The notes under the pieces: model-generated
Databases searched by the model: none
What the model saw: only the letters and a program-made list of their open reading frames with translations
Told to the model about the DNA's origin: nothing
Source of the DNA: a virus
Lineage: Duplodnaviria; Caudoviricetes
DNA: 28,226 bases
Virus record (IMG/VR): IMGVR_UViG_3300046804_005150
Location: 1-28,226 of that record
Reading direction: 5' to 3' (one strand)
In this document: positions 1 to 9,242 of the stretch, one piece after another
Numbering within the stretch: the first letter of the stretch is position 1
Layout of the letters: each line of letters opens with the position of its first letter
Program-made: the position numbers and the translations under genes

Positions 1-26
1 TCACGGTTATTTTATAAAAACTATAT

Positions 27-1031
27 ATGCAAAAAGCACAATATCTATCGTATCAGGATGTATTCCTAAAACCGCAGTACTCAAAGTACCACTCAAGATC
101 AGAAGCCGATGTTTCTGTACAGTTTGGGCCGAAGAAGTTCAAACTCCCAGTAACTCCAGCCAATATGAAATGTACTATCGACACAAAGTTGGCGAAATGG
201 ATGAGCGATAATGATTACTTTTATGTAATGCATCGTTTTAACGCCAATCATTATGATAGTCCTAATACAGATAATATCAACTTCATTGTAAAGGCGAATG
301 AAGAGAACTGGAAGAATATCAGTATCAGCCTTGGCGTAAAACAAGAAGACATGGACTTGATTGAATATTGCATCAAGACAAATCTCAGAATTGATTATAT
401 CACGATTGATATTGCTCACGCGCACAGCATCAGAATGAAAGAGATGCTGTCATATATTCTAAGAATGTATCGCAGCGACATTTGTTCTATTGAAAAGCCA
501 TTCATCATTGCTGGTAATGTAGCAACCCCCGCCGCAGTTGTTGATCTTGAAAATTGGGGAGCAGATTCTATCAAGGTTGGTATTGCCCAAGGCGATGCTT
601 GTACAACATATGGGCAAACTGGTTTTGGACTGCCTATGTTTAGTTGCATGCTTGAATGTTCTGCTGCTGCCAGAAAGCCTCTTGTTGCGGATGGTGGTAT
701 TAGAATGAATGGCGATGTTGCAAAAGCAATTCGTTCTGGGGGTGGAATGGTTATGGTGGGAAGTGTGTTCGCCGCCTGTGTCGATTCACCCTCAGAAACC
801 GTAAAGGATGCATCTGGAACCAAAACGTACAAACAGTATTTCGGATCTGCTTCCGCAATCAACAAAGGAGCAAATGTTCACGTTGAAGGAAGGCTTGTTA
901 GTCTCGAATGTAATGGATTTACATACGAACAGAAACTCAAGGAAATGACAGAAAGCCTACAAAGCAGCATGTCATATGCTGGCGGAGACATTAGACTGGC
1001 CGATTGGGGAGTTATCTATCAGCGCCGCTGA
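27..1031 (+). CDS. guaC: GMP reductase (IMPDH/GMPR family, no CBS domains)
   Basis: Motifs DVFLKP, SRSEAD, PANM, IDIAHAH, IAGNV, KVGIAQGDACTT (catalytic Cys loop), ADGGIR, GDVAKA, VEG and LQSSMSYAG; 334 aa. Confidence 0.88.
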   Translation: MQKAQYLSYQDVFLKPQYSKYHSRSEADVSVQFGPKKFKLPVTPANMKCTIDTKLAKWMSDNDYFYVMHRFNANHYDSPNTDNINFIVKANEENWKNISISLGVKQEDMDLIEYCIKTNLRIDYITIDIAHAHSIRMKEMLSYILRMYRSDICSIEKPFIIAGNVATPAAVVDLENWGADSIKVGIAQGDACTTYGQTGFGLPMFSCMLECSAAARKPLVADGGIRMNGDVAKAIRSGGGMVMVGSVFAACVDSPSETVKDASGTKTYKQYFGSASAINKGANVHVEGRLVSLECNGFTYEQKLKEMTESLQSSMSYAGGDIRLADWGVIYQRR

Positions 1032-1201
1032 AGAAGATGTCGAAGGAAGTTCAGATGGTGAACTCCTTCATACTTCGACAAGTAATAACAAAACGCCGCT
1101 ACTACAGCGGCGTTTTCTTTTTCCAATAGTTCTGAAAGTTCCAGATATTTTTCATCACGGAACAGTTCAAGATAATTCACACACTTGTCATCGACGCTCA
1201 T
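1019..1201 (-). CDS. hypothetical protein, 60 aa (MSVDDKCVNY...LLQRR)
   Basis: Start moved from 1291 to the ATG at 1201, which overlaps the end of the upstream ORF 1188-1352. Confidence 0.6.
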   Translation of the reverse strand: MSVDDKCVNYLELFRDEKYLELSELLEKENAAVVAAFCYYLSKYEGVHHLNFLRHLLQRR

Positions 1202-1352
1202 CTTCTTCTCGTTGAGCGTCTTTGTGCTTCGGCTTATTCTTTTCTTTTTTCTTGGGGCGAAACTTCTGAAACTTCTCAGTTTCAATTTCATCCAACTCTT
1301 CTATATCTATATTTGTATAGTCTTCTTTATATCTGTCGTTATTTTTGCTCAT
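1188..1352 (-). CDS. small highly charged hypothetical protein, 54 aa (MSKNNDRYKEDYTNIDIEELDEIETEKFQKFRPKKKEKNKPKHKDAQREEDERR)
   Basis: Translated by hand; below the ORF-track cutoff. Runs ATG 1352 to TGA 1188 and fills the gap downstream of the dUTPase. Confidence 0.65.
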   Translation of the reverse strand: MSKNNDRYKEDYTNIDIEELDEIETEKFQKFRPKKKEKNKPKHKDAQREEDERR

Positions 1353-1404
1353 ATTAGTGTGCAATAAACTTTACAGGTATAAATATATAAAAAAAATAAA
1401 AACG

Positions 1405-2208
1405 TCACGTCTTCGTTAACATTAATATTTTTGAGGTAGGATGAACTGTGCCAGATTCGTCAACAACACATAGCCCTTTTCCATTTCCCTCTTCAAATTC
1501 ATATATTTCTCCGTGAAAATTTGCGAGATGTGTTTCCACAAATCCCGGATTAATTCCTTGGCTTACTTTATTTTCTGAGAAGAAATTTTTAATCGTGCTC
1601 GGCCTTTTTAGGTTGAATTTTGTATATGAAGGCTGTGTCAACTTTTCAAATGATTTAATCTTGTCTGTAGACCCAAATCCACCACCACGATCATTGGTGT
1701 CAAGGTTGTCAACTTTGACGAATTCAATATTCAAAGTTTCCATCGGAACAAGCTGACAAATCTTGTCGCCGTTATTGTATATCTTTCCTTTGTTCACACT
1801 TCCCATCAGCATACCATTTTCAAGAATATAATCCTCCGGTTGCCAGATATACTTAAAACGAACTAGAACTTGATTTCTATATCCTCGATCTATGAGTCCA
1901 ATAGAATTGGCGAGCACAAGATTGTATTTGCTGATACTACTTCTCGGACGCAAGTCTGTGTGAAAATTTTTTGTTTCATACGTGGACTGTGAGTATGTGC
2001 TTTGAGGAGCAATATATAAATTTGTTTCGTATTCGATATAATCGATGCGCTTGTAATATCCCCCTCCGATTTCTTCACCAACAATTTTAGGAGCAGTTGT
2101 TGCGATAACATCATAACCTGCGTCCGTTGTATTGGCACGTTGAGGGACATTAAGACCATCGACTTTCTTTAAATGGTATTGAACCGCATTATTTTTTACA
2201 ATATTCAT
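1405..2208 (-). CDS. dut: trimeric dUTPase with ~85-aa C-terminal extension
   Basis: Motifs AGYD (I), RPRSS (II), GLIDRGYR (III), GDKICQL (IV) and RGGGFGST (V). Confidence 0.9.
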   Translation of the reverse strand: MNIVKNNAVQYHLKKVDGLNVPQRANTTDAGYDVIATTAPKIVGEEIGGGYYKRIDYIEYETNLYIAPQSTYSQSTYETKNFHTDLRPRSSISKYNLVLANSIGLIDRGYRNQVLVRFKYIWQPEDYILENGMLMGSVNKGKIYNNGDKICQLVPMETLNIEFVKVDNLDTNDRGGGFGSTDKIKSFEKLTQPSYTKFNLKRPSTIKNFFSENKVSQGINPGFVETHLANFHGEIYEFEEGNGKGLCVVDESGTVHPTSKILMLTKT

Positions 2209-2216
2209 AATATAAA

Positions 2217-2525
2217 CTAATGTATGCTGACAACGACATCCGTGTGTGTCAAGCCATAATCACCTTTCCATCCTTCCTCGTTTTTTCCAAATACGATATG
2301 TTCTTCTCCTTCTAGAGCATTATATATGACCATATCTGGAAAATTTGGATCAATTTCCTTGCTGTATTGAAAATGTTGACGTGTTTGCTCGGATTGTAAG
2401 AACTGATCAAACTCCGATATTACTTGTTGCAACGGAGTGCTACGAACGATCACGACCCCTCTTCCATTTCCACCAAGCTGTTTTACATGAGTAACAATGA
2501 ATATAAAAAGATTTACTCGATTCAT
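2217..2525 (-). CDS. hypothetical protein
   Basis: 102-aa ORF with ATGA overlap to the upstream glycosyltransferase. Confidence 0.6.
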   Translation of the reverse strand: MNRVNLFIFIVTHVKQLGGNGRGVVIVRSTPLQQVISEFDQFLQSEQTRQHFQYSKEIDPNFPDMVIYNALEGEEHIVFGKNEEGWKGDYGLTHTDVVVSIH

Positions 2526-3733
2526 ATCTTGATAAGGTCCGCGCTAATATCTCTTACAACTTTGGTCTTCATCTTGAATGCACCAAGCTCAAACTCGGAA
2601 TTGTTTTCCACACCATCTTCAGATAAAATATCAGTAAGTTTCATAAGAATGGCGGAATTGCTACTTCCATCTCGCATGAAATCATCTTGACTGAAATACA
2701 ACAAGATGTCGTTATTTACCTCCTCAATGTATCCATGATTGAGTACTCGCTTTTTTAAATCAATCTTCGTGGTTGGCTGCTCTTTTTCTATGTATCTTTC
2801 AGCACAAACCATATTGTCTACAAAGATATTGGTTGCCCAAGGTTCAACAAAATGCAGAAAGTCTTCAGATAAGACGTTTGTCAATACGAAGCCGATATTG
2901 TATACAGGATGCTTGATTGGGTGATGGTTTTCATCAAACATCATCCAACGATGCCATTTGCGAAGATAGTTACGTCTTGCTCTGTTCTGATAGAACTTGA
3001 ACATATCATCGTCTTTGCCCACACCATTTTTTGCCCAGCTTCTGTGTCCTCTGCTGATCCAATGCCAACATAGGCTATCTCTGCTTTGAATCATCTTGTA
3101 TCCAGCTAAATGAAAGCGAAGAAACAAGTCGGCATCTTCTTCTGGGTATGGAGCAAAACTCTTTGCATCATGTCCACCAATGGCCAAGAAGTCTTCTTTG
3201 CTTATCAACCAAGGAGCAAATATTCCATTTGATGTTTGATCCTTGCGATCTTTTTCTTCCTGCTCAACAAATGTTAGAAAGTCCTTGTATTTGAAATCGA
3301 AGTATTCAAGACCAAAAGGCTTCAGAATCTTCTCTTTTCCAGATGGATAAATACCCTCTGGTTCAATGCGGGTGGCACATACAACTGTCTTTTCATTCCA
3401 ATGCTTCAACAGATTAGCCAAATAGTTCTTAGTGCATATCATATCACTGTGAAAAATGGTAACAAGAGGATTCTTTGCCATCTTGATTCCCATATCATAC
3501 GTTATGGTGTGACCAAGAATGTTTCCAGTTTTATTTGCCCAAAATCTCAAGTTATCATCCAAGTGAAGCTGTAGTTCAAAATACTCTGCGCTTTGATCTT
3601 CACTACCGTCATCCATCACAATGATCTCGTTCTCTGGATAATAATCTCGTAGGCTCCTATATGCCATCAGCGTATAATTCAATGTATTATACGACGGCAT
3701 TATAATTGAAATGTCTTTGGTCGTGTATTTCAT
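2522..3733 (-). CDS. GT2-like (GT-A fold) glycosyltransferase with C-terminal extra domain
   Basis: SIIMPSYN, IIVMDDGSED, FHSD (DxD position) and EDADL motifs. Confidence 0.85.
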   Translation of the reverse strand: MKYTTKDISIIMPSYNTLNYTLMAYRSLRDYYPENEIIVMDDGSEDQSAEYFELQLHLDDNLRFWANKTGNILGHTITYDMGIKMAKNPLVTIFHSDMICTKNYLANLLKHWNEKTVVCATRIEPEGIYPSGKEKILKPFGLEYFDFKYKDFLTFVEQEEKDRKDQTSNGIFAPWLISKEDFLAIGGHDAKSFAPYPEEDADLFLRFHLAGYKMIQSRDSLCWHWISRGHRSWAKNGVGKDDDMFKFYQNRARRNYLRKWHRWMMFDENHHPIKHPVYNIGFVLTNVLSEDFLHFVEPWATNIFVDNMVCAERYIEKEQPTTKIDLKKRVLNHGYIEEVNNDILLYFSQDDFMRDGSSNSAILMKLTDILSEDGVENNSEFELGAFKMKTKVVRDISADLIKI

Positions 3734-3912
3734 ATTTTCCCGTGGTCGATTCCAACAATATCAAGCATCTGCTTTTCCTTTTCAGTCATGCTGTTAAAAT
3801 GCTCGTGCATTTCTTCCTTGATCTGATTGATCTTGGCGCGAGGAGAATCCTCGTCTATACAACGCTGTAACTTGTAGTATAACTCAAAATACTTTCTAGC
3901 GGCTTCTGTCAT
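3730..3912 (-). CDS. hypothetical protein, 60 aa
   Basis: Overlaps both neighbours in a co-oriented operon. Confidence 0.6.
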   Translation of the reverse strand: MTEAARKYFELYYKLQRCIDEDSPRAKINQIKEEMHEHFNSMTEKEKQMLDIVGIDHGKI

Positions 3913-4144
3913 ATTTTTTAATTTCTTCAGTAACTTCTATTTCTTTCCAACGCTCATAGCACATTTGACTTTCACAGTTGTCATCAAATACGAGAGGATG
4001 TTTTCGATGTTCATACAGAAATGCTTGAAGGGCATCCATGTACTCTTTTTTGGTATATACGCGGATGTCAGTGTATACCGAAGATTGAGCAATCCACAGG
4101 TGACATTTACATTGAGTGCAAGCGATTGAATATGTTTGGCTCAT
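3896..4144 (-). CDS. small Cys/His-containing hypothetical protein, possibly Zn-binding
   Basis: CTQC and HRKH motifs; ATGA coupling to the upstream gene. Confidence 0.6.
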   Translation of the reverse strand: MSQTYSIACTQCKCHLWIAQSSVYTDIRVYTKKEYMDALQAFLYEHRKHPLVFDDNCESQMCYERWKEIEVTEEIKKYDRSR

Positions 4145-5031
4145 AGTTGATTATGATAAATAGATTTATTTTGATTGTACCTTCTTCGCATCTCGTCGGT
4201 CACTTTGATGAAACCATATTCATCATATGATGGCGGTTCTCCCCACAATGTCAACCATGTTTTAAAGTTTTTCTGTTCGCTTATCTTTTGTCTATCGGAT
4301 GTTCCAGTCAACTTATCATGTTGACCAAGGAAATGACTGCTGCGTGCTCCAAAGTGCCAAGTCAATGCTTTACCAGTTACAACAAAGTCATATCCATGCA
4401 ACTGCATAAGCACACTCTGCATATGATCTTCAAATGAACTTGGTGCAAAGCGTTCATCGTTTGGAATGAAATACTTTGTACGCATCATATAAGATACACC
4501 TTCTACTTTTCTAAAGTTCGGTGCGTTTGATCCTGCAAATGAATAATCTACCCAATCCAAGAACTCATTCTTTTTGAAATCGTGGTAGTATGCCCCAAAT
4601 CCCTCCGTTGTATCTGGAGGAGCAAATATTGTACCGAGTCTATCTGTATTGTTGAATATGTTGGGTTCAAGACGCCAAGCACACGCTAATATAGGCTTTT
4701 CAGTATTGGATACAATATCAAACAAAGGCTTGTCATAATAGCGACTAATATACATGTCACTGTGAATGAGGTTAAAGTACTCTGTTTTGACTTGTTTAAT
4801 TGCTTCATTTACTCCTCCTCCTATGCCTTTCGGCACTTTGTTATCTTCATAAATACACTGTATATCAGATTGTGAGAGTAGCCAATCACGAGTTTCTGTG
4901 TCATTCTCCGTATAAACAATGATAGGCTGGTTCTTGTGATACGCATTATCACGTATAGACTCAACCGCCAATTTCAAATATGGCAGCGATTTGTAGCTGT
5001 TAATGATCCAAGTGTATAGATGTTCACTCAT
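4141..5031 (-). CDS. GT2-like glycosyltransferase
   Basis: TWIINSY, GGGVN, LIHSDM and FEDH motifs. Start placed at the ATGA overlap at 5031. Confidence 0.8.
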   Translation of the reverse strand: MSEHLYTWIINSYKSLPYLKLAVESIRDNAYHKNQPIIVYTENDTETRDWLLSQSDIQCIYEDNKVPKGIGGGVNEAIKQVKTEYFNLIHSDMYISRYYDKPLFDIVSNTEKPILACAWRLEPNIFNNTDRLGTIFAPPDTTEGFGAYYHDFKKNEFLDWVDYSFAGSNAPNFRKVEGVSYMMRTKYFIPNDERFAPSSFEDHMQSVLMQLHGYDFVVTGKALTWHFGARSSHFLGQHDKLTGTSDRQKISEQKNFKTWLTLWGEPPSYDEYGFIKVTDEMRRRYNQNKSIYHNQL

Positions 5032-5321
5032 GATTTCCATCCGCTGTCATTTTTCAAATCAAGTTGAGCTTGAACATATCTCTTAATGACTTCATCAAAG
5101 AAAAGTTGTGCGCTTTCTTCTGCATCACCCTCAAACTTCATAGTGCCATCATTCCAATCCAGTTCTCCGACTTTGGTTCTATCTTTGTAAAAAGATACGG
5201 TGTATGCAGGCGGTACATACAGACTGGTGTTCAGCAATATATCAGATGAATAATTTATTTTTAAATCCATCTGCTCTGGTTTTATAAAATCAAACTCAAG
5301 CTGTATTTCAGTTGTATACAT
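5028..5321 (-). CDS. hypothetical protein with several QL-x-[LF] motifs
   Basis: MYTTEIQLEFDF...; start at ATG 5321, overlapping the end of the upstream gene. Confidence 0.6.
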   Translation of the reverse strand: MYTTEIQLEFDFIKPEQMDLKINYSSDILLNTSLYVPPAYTVSFYKDRTKVGELDWNDGTMKFEGDAEESAQLFFDEVIKRYVQAQLDLKNDSGWKS

Positions 5322-6081
5322 ATGTCTCCGCTTTCTTTCGTAATTCAATATATTCTCTCAACAGATTTTTCTTTGAGAAGAAATTATTCTGTCCAGTTTC
5401 CGCTCTCATGCAATAGGTTGGTATATCAAGTCCCGCCACTCCTTTTTTTACCGTGAGTGAATTGTGATGTAATACACAACAGCGATCAACCATACCAAGC
5501 TTCCAACCATTGTTTCTTGCTACAAGTGCAAAGTAAAAACAAATGCCCCAACCATACATCAGATCCTCGTCTATCTTTTTTACTTCCGCGAGCAATCTCC
5601 TACTGATTAATGGACATTGAAAATCAATATAATCAACTGGTCTAATATCTCTCGCGCTCCAACTATGCATGCTTTTCCAATGGCACTGCCCCTTTGGTTC
5701 AACGTTATAAAACGAAGGAGACACAATGTCATACTTTGTTTCTTGACTTCCCCATTTACCTGCAAATATTTCCTCAAACATTTCTTCTCTCAGAGATCTT
5801 ACAAAGTGATATGGATGAACCGTGAGATCGTTGTTAAGAAAAAGCATGCTGTCATATTGTTCATTTTCCAATGTATATTGCATAGCGGCGTTAAATCCGC
5901 CACCAAAATACACATTCTCACCTAATTCAAACGAAGTATGCTTGCTCTTGCCTTCTGGTGTTGAACCATTGTCGATTACAAACAAGTCGTAATCATATCG
6001 CTCATACGGCTTGAGCGACTCGTACAACATGTCTGTATAATCGGGTAGATTATGATTTAGAATGAATGTCGCTGTTTTCAT
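5308..6081 (-). CDS. GT2 family glycosyltransferase
   Basis: FILNHN, VIDNGS, ENVYFGGGFN and FLNND motifs. Confidence 0.85.
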   Translation of the reverse strand: MKTATFILNHNLPDYTDMLYESLKPYERYDYDLFVIDNGSTPEGKSKHTSFELGENVYFGGGFNAAMQYTLENEQYDSMLFLNNDLTVHPYHFVRSLREEMFEEIFAGKWGSQETKYDIVSPSFYNVEPKGQCHWKSMHSWSARDIRPVDYIDFQCPLISRRLLAEVKKIDEDLMYGWGICFYFALVARNNGWKLGMVDRCCVLHHNSLTVKKGVAGLDIPTYCMRAETGQNNFFSKKNLLREYIELRKKAETYVYN

Positions 6082-6505
6082 CTTCTTCGTATTCTACATC
6101 CCCATTTAAAATTTTCATATTAATGCTTTTTGCATTCATCTGAGCTTCTTCAATCAGGAATTTTTTATTTGGATGCACCGTGTCAAAATACAATTGTAGC
6201 TCCTCTTCGCTGTCGGCAAACATCATGAAATGATCACTGTCCCCAGATTCTCTGCATTTAAATAGTTTATATTCTGTGGTCACCACTTCGGTATATCCTG
6301 CATCATATTTGAATACATCGGATATAAGAGTTAGCTCTATCATAATCATCAAGCCATTACTTGCAGTCTTTATTATGTCAGAAAGTAGGGTATCATTCAT
6401 CCATTGAACTTTAAGCGCCAACAACCCAGATATTGCCAATGGTAATGCGATTATTGCAAATGCAAATGTGAGATAATATGCAAACGGCTTCTTTTGTTTT
6501 GTCAT
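6050..6505 (-). CDS. hypothetical membrane protein
   Basis: Hydrophobic N-terminal segment(s) (FAYYLTFAFAIIALPLAISGLLAL) and an acidic C-terminal domain; GAAGGA SD upstream. Confidence 0.65.
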   Translation of the reverse strand: MTKQKKPFAYYLTFAFAIIALPLAISGLLALKVQWMNDTLLSDIIKTASNGLMIMIELTLISDVFKYDAGYTEVVTTEYKLFKCRESGDSDHFMMFADSEEELQLYFDTVHPNKKFLIEEAQMNAKSINMKILNGDVEYEEDENSDIHSKS

Positions 6506-6574
6506 AAAATTATTCCTTCGGTTGTTTCAATGAAGTAAAAAGACTGTATGATATATTCGCCATAACAATTGGTG

Positions 6575-6603
6575 AATATGCACCAAAGGTACACAAGAGT
6601 CAA
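6575..6603 (-). promoter_or_regulatory. sigma70-like promoter TTGACT-N17-CATATT
   Basis: Intergenic, immediately after a stop codon; matches the recurring promoter pattern in this window. Confidence 0.65.
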
Positions 6604-6604
6604 G

Positions 6605-7183
6605 CTATAATAGCTTTGCAGTTGCGTTTGGGCCTTGAAGAGATGACACTTTGTATCCAATGGATGTAAGATACTCGGCTAGATCATCCAACTTTTGTCC
6701 TCTTTTGTTCGTACCATCGACGTGGCTGCACTCAAATGTCATTTCTTTTATCTTATACTTGGCAAAGTCGATGCTTTTTATTATCCTATAGTCATATCCT
6801 TCAGCATCAATGAAGAGATGGTCAAGTTCGTTCAAATTGTACTTTTCCATCAATGCCGCAAAAGTAAGCACAGGCACCTCCAATGTTCCCATGTCCTTTG
6901 GCTTGCATCCTAGTTCCAACAAATGCTCTTTTCTGAATGAACTGGTCTCATAGTTGCTGTTCAATTGATAGTAGAACGGCATACTTTTAATAGTAGGATC
7001 ATCCACTATTCCGATATTTTCTATCACCGCTTGTGGCAGATTCTTGTATGTGTCCTTCAGCGCTTCTATTAACGGCGGCATTGGTTCAATCAAAACCGCC
7101 AATTTCAATGAATTTTTAATCGAGTGTAGGAATTCATTGACAAGATCAATACCATTATTAGTACCTATTTGTATTATATTCAT
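6605..7183 (-). CDS. FkbM-family methyltransferase
   Basis: IQIGTNNG, LIEP and LFIDAEGYD motifs, then FE. Confidence 0.88.
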   Translation of the reverse strand: MNIIQIGTNNGIDLVNEFLHSIKNSLKLAVLIEPMPPLIEALKDTYKNLPQAVIENIGIVDDPTIKSMPFYYQLNSNYETSSFRKEHLLELGCKPKDMGTLEVPVLTFAALMEKYNLNELDHLFIDAEGYDYRIIKSIDFAKYKIKEMTFECSHVDGTNKRGQKLDDLAEYLTSIGYKVSSLQGPNATAKLL

Positions 7184-7893
7184 AAAATGGACTCTGACAA
7201 TATCTTATTCCAATTTTTGAATGGACTCAGCCATTTTGTTTCTCCGTGTGTGGAATACCCCGGCATAGGAGAAACAAGCAATCTCTCCTTCGATCTCAGT
7301 TCCAAAAACATCTGGTGATCGTTGGGATGCACTCCAGAAATCCATTTGTCGAATATTCCCTTGTCTTCCTTAAGAGTCTTTACTCTTGCCGAAAATGTCA
7401 TAGTAGTGCTGTCTGCCGTTCTCCAATATCCGCTCTTTGATCTGAAGATATACTCCGACTTAATTCCCTCTTCCATTTCTTTGTCTGGGTGCGCATATAA
7501 AGTGACATATTCTACCATAACATCCAATAGATTATATCCTTCCAATAGCATTTCTTTTGAACCAACATCGTGGATATAGTCGCCTTCAACAAAATACACG
7601 ATTTCATTCTCATCAAAATTCTGAATGGCATATTCCAATGCAAACTTGAACGATCCCGCATTTCCATTGTTTGTGTCAATGACGATTGGGCATGCTCCAA
7701 AATTTATTTGCTTAACAACGGAATCAAACTGTGTATGCGTGGATGAATTGCAATTGTCTCTTATCAACACAAGATCCGACAGATCTCTATTCAGGAAATT
7801 TACGCAGAAGTTCCTAAAACAATTCTCGTTGTTTACAATTGGAAGCTTTTGTTTTGGATATCCTCTGTCGCTAAATCTGTATATTACTTTCAT
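7180..7893 (-). CDS. GT-A fold glycosyltransferase
   Basis: IRDN, GNAGSF, VYFVEGDYIH (EDDY-like), STTMTF and PGYSTH motifs. Confidence 0.7.
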   Translation of the reverse strand: MKVIYRFSDRGYPKQKLPIVNNENCFRNFCVNFLNRDLSDLVLIRDNCNSSTHTQFDSVVKQINFGACPIVIDTNNGNAGSFKFALEYAIQNFDENEIVYFVEGDYIHDVGSKEMLLEGYNLLDVMVEYVTLYAHPDKEMEEGIKSEYIFRSKSGYWRTADSTTMTFSARVKTLKEDKGIFDKWISGVHPNDHQMFLELRSKERLLVSPMPGYSTHGETKWLSPFKNWNKILSESIL

Positions 7894-8654
7894 GTTATTG
7901 GAATTTTCAAATATGGTTCAACGATATCATATTCTCTGTCTCCAAAGATGACATCTTTGCCTCTGAATGGTTGTTCAAATTCTTTTTCCACAAGCACAGA
8001 CCAATCAAGATCCTTGTTATGGCCCCATGATTTTACCTTTTTTAGCATTCCTTCCTTGGAACGTACCCATGAAAAGTGATGAGAGAATGGAAATCCATCC
8101 AATTTGCATTTGTCCATTCTCATTTCTTCTGGGAGACACCAAAACATCGCCTTTCGCTCTTCCTGATGAAAAATAATATTGTCGTTTTGAGTTAATGGAC
8201 CCGATTTTACCAATGCTATTGCCTCTTCCCAAGCCTTGAGTCTGTATTTGAATTCCCTAAAATACCAATAACACGCCAATCTATAGCTTTGTTTTAGATC
8301 ATTCTGCTGTTGCGACCACCATCTGATGAATTTATCTGGTTCAATCACTTCGTCCACATCAAGAAACATGAAATAATCAGTGTCTTCTGGAGCGCTCATT
8401 ATTCCCAGCTTTCGGCATGCATTATGGTGCCATCTGGAACTTTGGGATGGATCATATTCAAATTCTATGAATTCCGCCTTTGGATTCTCCGCAATTCCCT
8501 TGTTTATAAGTTCTCTGTTTTCCGATGTTCCATCCAAGAAATGATCGCAATATGCCACAATAACTTTTTCGGAGAAAGGTAAAACTCCATCCACACATGG
8601 TTTCAAGAACATGTGGTCGATAGTACAATAGTTTATAACGGATGTTATTTTCAT
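7890..8654 (-). CDS. GT-A fold glycosyltransferase
   Basis: FMFLDVDEV DxD motif and HHFSWVR...KKVKSWGH. Start placed at the ATGA overlap at 8654. Confidence 0.75.
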   Translation of the reverse strand: MKITSVINYCTIDHMFLKPCVDGVLPFSEKVIVAYCDHFLDGTSENRELINKGIAENPKAEFIEFEYDPSQSSRWHHNACRKLGIMSAPEDTDYFMFLDVDEVIEPDKFIRWWSQQQNDLKQSYRLACYWYFREFKYRLKAWEEAIALVKSGPLTQNDNIIFHQEERKAMFWCLPEEMRMDKCKLDGFPFSHHFSWVRSKEGMLKKVKSWGHNKDLDWSVLVEKEFEQPFRGKDVIFGDREYDIVEPYLKIPIT

Positions 8655-9241
8655 TTTTTTACGAATAAAGCATTGATCAAGTGTTTTTCTGTCCATCTTG
8701 GATCTTGTTCGCAATGTTCACACTTTATAGTTTCAAAATCATTTCTTTCCATTAATTTCGCAAGCTTTTCTGGAGTATAAAAGCTTCTATGGTGAGGATC
8801 TTGGTATGCTTTCATGTATGGGATGCTTACAACCAAATGTCCTCCAGACTTCAAACCAGCCGTTGAGTTCCTTATGAATGCATCTGAATGTTTCTCAATG
8901 ATATGTTCGATCACATGAAATGAAATTGCAGTATCATACGTCATGTCATCTATCTTTGTCTCCACCAAATTGGCACAAATAAATTTGAATGGGATTGAAA
9001 TTTCTTTTAAATTTTTTTCAAAAGTTTCTTTGACTTTTTCGTTTATATCCACACCAGTTATGGATGTCACCTTCTCGTTTTTCCCCAACCAATAGGTTAT
9101 CCCTCCAGTATTACATCCTATGTCCAATACATTTCCATGTATCAAAGATTCATATTCTTCCAACAGAATAACCGTGGAATGTTTTTTCCATGGGCCGTGA
9201 CCACCATCCATGACATAATCTTCGCTGGTGTAATTTTCCAT
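8651..9241 (-). CDS. class I SAM-dependent methyltransferase
   Basis: VLDIGCNTG, GVDI, FHVIEH and LKSGGHLVVSIP motifs. Confidence 0.92.
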   Translation of the reverse strand: MENYTSEDYVMDGGHGPWKKHSTVILLEEYESLIHGNVLDIGCNTGGITYWLGKNEKVTSITGVDINEKVKETFEKNLKEISIPFKFICANLVETKIDDMTYDTAISFHVIEHIIEKHSDAFIRNSTAGLKSGGHLVVSIPYMKAYQDPHHRSFYTPEKLAKLMERNDFETIKCEHCEQDPRWTEKHLINALFVKK

Positions 9242-9242
9242 A

